The notes under the pieces: generated by a model
Told to the model about the DNA's origin: nothing
What the model saw: the letters and a program-made list of their open reading frames with translations, nothing else
Databases searched by the model: none
Position numbers and translations under genes: made by a program
Shown: positions 60,001 through 64,000 of the stretch, piece by piece
Layout: every line of letters starts with the position of its first letter
How positions within the stretch are numbered: the stretch's first letter is position 1
Assembly: GCA_037305845.1 (NCBI GenBank)
Contig: CP147778.1
Location: 192,001 to 256,000 of the forward strand
Length of the DNA stretch: 64,000 nt
Origin: Candidatus Freyarchaeum deiterrae
Lineage (GTDB): Archaea; Asgardarchaeota; Jordiarchaeia; Jordiarchaeales; Jordiarchaeaceae
Reading direction: 5' to 3'

Positions 60001-60507
60001 TCACAAGTCTATCCCTATCACATAAATAGGTACTTGTATAGCGCTCTTAAAATGTGGAAGATATCTGACAACTTTTTCGAAAGTCAATGATCCTTCCCAG
60101 TTCTGGTTATAATCTTTTTTCATCCGATTCTGGAATTCTCTGGTTGTGACAATGTAAACGCTCACATCGATTTTATCTAGTCCAGAATAAGAGGCTACCT
60201 GAAACTTTAGAAGGTCTATTCCTATAAAGGAGGAGTGCCCGAACTCGACTTCTATGCCTACTCTTTCCTTCAAAAAGTCCATTTTTGCACCCGGATCTCC
60301 CGATTCGTCGAAAACAGATGGCTGACTTTCCCATCCCTTGGTAACGAATAGATTTTCAAGTACCTTGTTAAAATTAGGACGAGACAAAGAAGAAATTTCG
60401 ATATTCGGATTTGTGAGCACATTTTCAATCTCTTGTTTTATAGTTAATTTACTGTTTAAGACCTCTTCAGCGAATCGATAGGAAAATTTCCGTAATCTTA
60501 ATGTCAT
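60001..60507 (-). CDS. BglII/BstYI-family PD-(D/E)xK endonuclease
   Basis: GWE...KMDFLKERVGIEVEFG...DLLKFQ...TFEK...VPIYVIGI. Confidence 0.82.
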   Translation of the reverse strand: MTLRLRKFSYRFAEEVLNSKLTIKQEIENVLTNPNIEISSLSRPNFNKVLENLFVTKGWESQPSVFDESGDPGAKMDFLKERVGIEVEFGHSSFIGIDLLKFQVASYSGLDKIDVSVYIVTTREFQNRMKKDYNQNWEGSLTFEKVVRYLPHFKSAIQVPIYVIGIDL

Positions 60508-60816
60508 TCATCGTGTCTCCCTATATTGTGAAAAGTAATTTTAAAGTTACATTTTTTCCTTTCAAAAGTATTATTTGTACCATTACGTTATTAATATTTA
60601 TCATTAATTTGGATTTCAGTTCTGCCTTGAGTGTAGACACATGTAAGATTTTTGATTTTATTCATCTTCTTCTTGACTGGATGTATGAAACCTTCTTTAG
60701 ATTATATTAATTTAATACATCTTCAGTATCGATATTGTTTGCTTATAGCTCATATAAAAGAATAGAATTAAAATCTAGCAAATAAGGCTAAATAGTTGAT
60801 TAAAAAGGGAGTGCAT

Positions 60817-61263
60817 ATGAAAGAATATATCAGAGACGGTAGAGCACCGATACCTGAATCCGAGATTGTCTCTAAAAGAATGAGCGCTGTCAGAGGCAAA
60901 CATACAAAACCCGAATTAGCTTTAAGAAAGGCTTTAAGGGAAATAGGCTTGGCAGGCTATAGGCTCCATTGGAAAAAAGCGCCAGGGCGACCAGATATAG
61001 CATATCCTAAGAGGAAGGTAGCGATATTCGTCCATGGTTGTTTCTGGCATCGATGTCCATACTGCAATCCTCCTTTGCCGAAAACACATACCGACTTTTG
61101 GATAAATAAATTTGAGAGGAACAAAGAAAGAGATATCGCGAAGGTACGCGCTCTTGAAGATGCTGGTTGGAAAGTATTCATATTCTGGGAATGCGAGATA
61201 AGGAAGGATGCCTTAGAGTGCGCTAAAAAGGTAAAGGATTTCATTGAAAGTGTACCACGATAA
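60817..61263 (+). CDS. vsr: Very-short-patch repair endonuclease
   Basis: SKRMSAVRGKHTKPE, GRPDI, FVHGCFWH, FW..KFERNKERD, IFWECE. Confidence 0.92.
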   Translation: MKEYIRDGRAPIPESEIVSKRMSAVRGKHTKPELALRKALREIGLAGYRLHWKKAPGRPDIAYPKRKVAIFVHGCFWHRCPYCNPPLPKTHTDFWINKFERNKERDIAKVRALEDAGWKVFIFWECEIRKDALECAKKVKDFIESVPR

Positions 61264-61596
61264 TATATAGCACCATAATATTCGTCGCCATATAAACGAT
61301 TACATCATTTAGTTAACACTAACTAAAGATGCACCCTACTTAAATAAGCATTTTAAAATCTTTATTTTATAAAAGACGCTTTATTATGATAGTATTAAGT
61401 TGTTATCAAATTTTATTAAATGGTTTATAAATGCATTAAAATTTGAAAAACATAACTCAAAAAGAAATCATTTTGAAACATTGCTTATTTTTTGTAAAGA
61501 ATAATATAGAAAAGACATTTATTATTGTATAGTAATTACATTATTTAGTAATCTTCATTTGATAAGTGATAAAACTGCTAGTTGGTGGGGTCGGCA

Positions 61597-64000
61597 ATGG
61601 AAAGTGGTGAATTTTTACGTTGTTCGCGTTGTGGAAAATTAACCGATGTCCGAAAAAGCGATGTAGAAGAGAGCGAATGGGATAGATACGTATGCTCTGA
61701 ATGCGAAGGTGAGGAATACGGTCAAGTGTTCGTTAATTGGATTCAAGATAGGATAAGCCCTTCTACGAGTGAAGATACTACAGGTAGGTTCGTTCTGAGA
61801 GAATTGGTTCAGAATGCTGATGATGTTGAAGCGGAGATAATGGTTCTACGATTCTGCAAAAAAGCGTTGTATGTTTACAACGATGGTTTCGGTTTCCGGT
61901 CTTCAGTAGACAACGGGCCAGGCGACTTTGAGAGAATATCCAGTGTATTGGCCAAACCAAAAGAGAAGGAGTTTTACACATCTGGGAACTTTGGTACCGG
62001 ATTCCAAACAGTATACCTCTTTACTAACTTCCCAGAAGTCCATTCCAATGGCAAATCGTTCAGATATGACCCTACAGGTCCCAAGAAAGAAGCATTAGCA
62101 GGCAAGGATAAAATCGGTTCACCGTATCATGATAGGAAGAACAAAGGAGCGGTGTTCAGGCTGCCTTGGCGAACAGAAAGGAACGCTGTGGTCAAAGACA
62201 AATTCTTCAAAGATAAGGAACTCTGGAAAAGGTGGGATGAGGACGACACTTATGAACTGTTCAAGGAATTGAGAGAATACTTACATGATTCCCTCCTCTG
62301 TTGCCAGCATTTGAAAAAAATCCGTATAATCTGGGAGGGAGATAACGTTAATGAGGGCTATCAAGCAGAGAGGGACTTCATATTAAAATACATCGATAAT
62401 GATGGAAAGATAGGAAAAGTTACAGAAGGTAAGGGAAGAGGCGGCCTTTTACCAGAAGACTGGAAGTATGAGGACAAGAAAGAGTTCAAGTATTTTATAG
62501 GTTCAACTTTCGTCTCGAACCGTTCTGTAAAGGAAGATAATATAACTATCATACATATAAAAAATGAAGATGATAAGACCTCTAAGATGGACATCAAGAC
62601 CCTAACAGGGAGTTCTTGTAGGTTATGTAAAGAAAGTTATGAAAGGTATTTTGAATCATTAAAAAAGGAAAACGCCATCAAGAAGAGCGATATCCATATT
62701 CTTATACCACTCTTCAAATGGGAAAAAAGGGTTGGAGAGAAACGGAGGAAAGCATGGACATATAGTGTTATACCATTACCAAAGGAGAGTGGGAATAACT
62801 TCACGTTCACAGCCCACCTTTTCCCTAAGCAGACAAGGGAATCTTTCGAAATCCATCAAGAAGAGGCTAAGAGAGAATGGCTGGAAAACGTGCTTCAGAG
62901 CGGAGCACGCCTTTTTCTAAGAACATACGAGCTCTATATAAAAATGGTCCATGGGATGGAAGAGCTCGATGATGAGACGAAGCAGGCAATGATTCTAGAC
63001 TACCTCCCAGCACAAAAATTATCAGATTGGGTAAAAGTCCCACTTGATGACACCGAAAAAAAAGCCAAGTTTTTGTTCGGTTGGGACAGGATACCTGGAA
63101 ACGATAACGATAGGCTCAGAGAAACTCTAATACATGATTTTGGTATTGATTGGGCGAAAAACGCAAAAATCGAAAAAACCGATCGTGGTAAGATTATAAG
63201 GGTTATCACTGTGAAGAACCAAATCTTACTGAAACTGAACGATGAAAACACAGAGGTATCGCTAATCTATGGGGCTAGAACCAGTAGGTTATCTGTGAAA
63301 ATGGAAAATAACGACATAAACATATATGAACCTCCCTTAGATGAGTACGTTTTCGCTGAAGTTTTCAGTAAAGAGATATTAGTTTCTGATGGCGAATGGC
63401 ATACACCTTTAGGTTCAGAAGAATTTATACCGTTCCCGAGGAATGAAAAGGAACGGTGGTTATTGGATAAGATGGACATAGTTACCTTTACCGACTCTTT
63501 CTTGAAGCATCCCAGGTTCAAAGAATTGCAAGAGTTCAGAAAACGATTGATGGATGAAATAGCAATGACAGATGGGAGATTCGAATCCTATTACAACAAA
63601 TATTTCTTTGATCAGATTAAGGATACGAACGGGAAGGTGACATATGGAAGCGCTACCATAGATAAGGAGTTGATAGAGAACCTTATTGAGCATTGCTTAG
63701 TGAGCCCTTGTGCTCGAATAATGGACTCGTTGAAAATCATACCCAATAAGCAAGGAACACTTTGTAGCCCAAAGGAACTTAGAAAAGAGCCTGAAGGTGA
63801 CTTTAGAGAATTAAGGAGTATTATACCGTCTTATCTCTATCCTCACGAGGACTTCGAGTCGAAGGTCAAGGTATACATCAACGAAATAAATGACCCTATA
63901 GAGCTGCTAGAAGGCATTAAAGAGAACAAGGTGATTTTAGAGAATGATACGAAATTGACCAGGATGTGTTATGAATGGTTGGAGAAATCGGATAAGAAAC
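61597..64000 (+). CDS. Large sacsin/NOV-like GHKL ATPase with N-terminal zinc finger; 3' end outside the window (not in ORF track)
   Basis: CSRC..CSEC, LRELVQNADD, YNDG, GNFGTGFQTVY, GAVFRLPWR, YSVIPLP...FTAHLF; no in-frame stop seen before the window edge. Confidence 0.88.
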   Translation, partial: MESGEFLRCSRCGKLTDVRKSDVEESEWDRYVCSECEGEEYGQVFVNWIQDRISPSTSEDTTGRFVLRELVQNADDVEAEIMVLRFCKKALYVYNDGFGFRSSVDNGPGDFERISSVLAKPKEKEFYTSGNFGTGFQTVYLFTNFPEVHSNGKSFRYDPTGPKKEALAGKDKIGSPYHDRKNKGAVFRLPWRTERNAVVKDKFFKDKELWKRWDEDDTYELFKELREYLHDSLLCCQHLKKIRIIWEGDNVNEGYQAERDFILKYIDNDGKIGKVTEGKGRGGLLPEDWKYEDKKEFKYFIGSTFVSNRSVKEDNITIIHIKNEDDKTSKMDIKTLTGSSCRLCKESYERYFESLKKENAIKKSDIHILIPLFKWEKRVGEKRRKAWTYSVIPLPKESGNNFTFTAHLFPKQTRESFEIHQEEAKREWLENVLQSGARLFLRTYELYIKMVHGMEELDDETKQAMILDYLPAQKLSDWVKVPLDDTEKKAKFLFGWDRIPGNDNDRLRETLIHDFGIDWAKNAKIEKTDRGKIIRVITVKNQILLKLNDENTEVSLIYGARTSRLSVKMENNDINIYEPPLDEYVFAEVFSKEILVSDGEWHTPLGSEEFIPFPRNEKERWLLDKMDIVTFTDSFLKHPRFKELQEFRKRLMDEIAMTDGRFESYYNKYFFDQIKDTNGKVTYGSATIDKELIENLIEHCLVSPCARIMDSLKIIPNKQGTLCSPKELRKEPEGDFRELRSIIPSYLYPHEDFESKVKVYINEINDPIELLEGIKENKVILENDTKLTRMCYEWLEKSDKK

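Overview
Archaeal chromosomal window. TATA/BRE-type promoters, GGAGG/GGTGA ribosome-binding sites, an ADP-dependent sugar kinase, MEDS-PAS histidine kinases and a membrane protein with a longin-like cytoplasmic domain suggest an Asgard archaeon (inference). 1-21.6 kb is metabolic: a minimal SufC/SufB (SMS-type) Fe-S system, a glycosyltransferase, enoyl-CoA hydratase, two V4R/MetOD-like paralogs (one frameshifted), an atypical CooS-family gene cluster, three tandem HSL-family esterases, the ADP-dependent kinase and an FAD oxidoreductase. 21.6-33.4 kb is a regulatory locus and the main finding. A Cys-tailed Lrp/AsnC regulator sits among four copies of one promoter, each with an ATTGCGCAAT-type palindrome exactly 75 nt upstream of a TTATTAAA TATA box. 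The promoters read into GC-rich structured non-coding sequence. Three copies form a conserved two-domain RNA family with an invariant 26-nt CU-rich loop, and each is followed by a micro-ORF and a MEDS-PAS histidine kinase. 33.7-50 kb holds Hsp20, an acyl-CoA ligase, a large beta-solenoid surface protein, DUF998 paralogs, amidases, PhzF and GNAT. 50-64 kb is an accessory/defence region: toxin-antitoxin pairs, HEAT-repeat proteins, a nucleoside 2-deoxyribosyltransferase, a DGQHR protein preceded by a phased GATC cluster, a BglII/BstYI-family endonuclease, Vsr, and a sacsin-like ATPase that runs off the window. No rRNA, tRNA, CRISPR array or transposase was recognised. All family assignments are from motif recognition by eye; no database searches were run.
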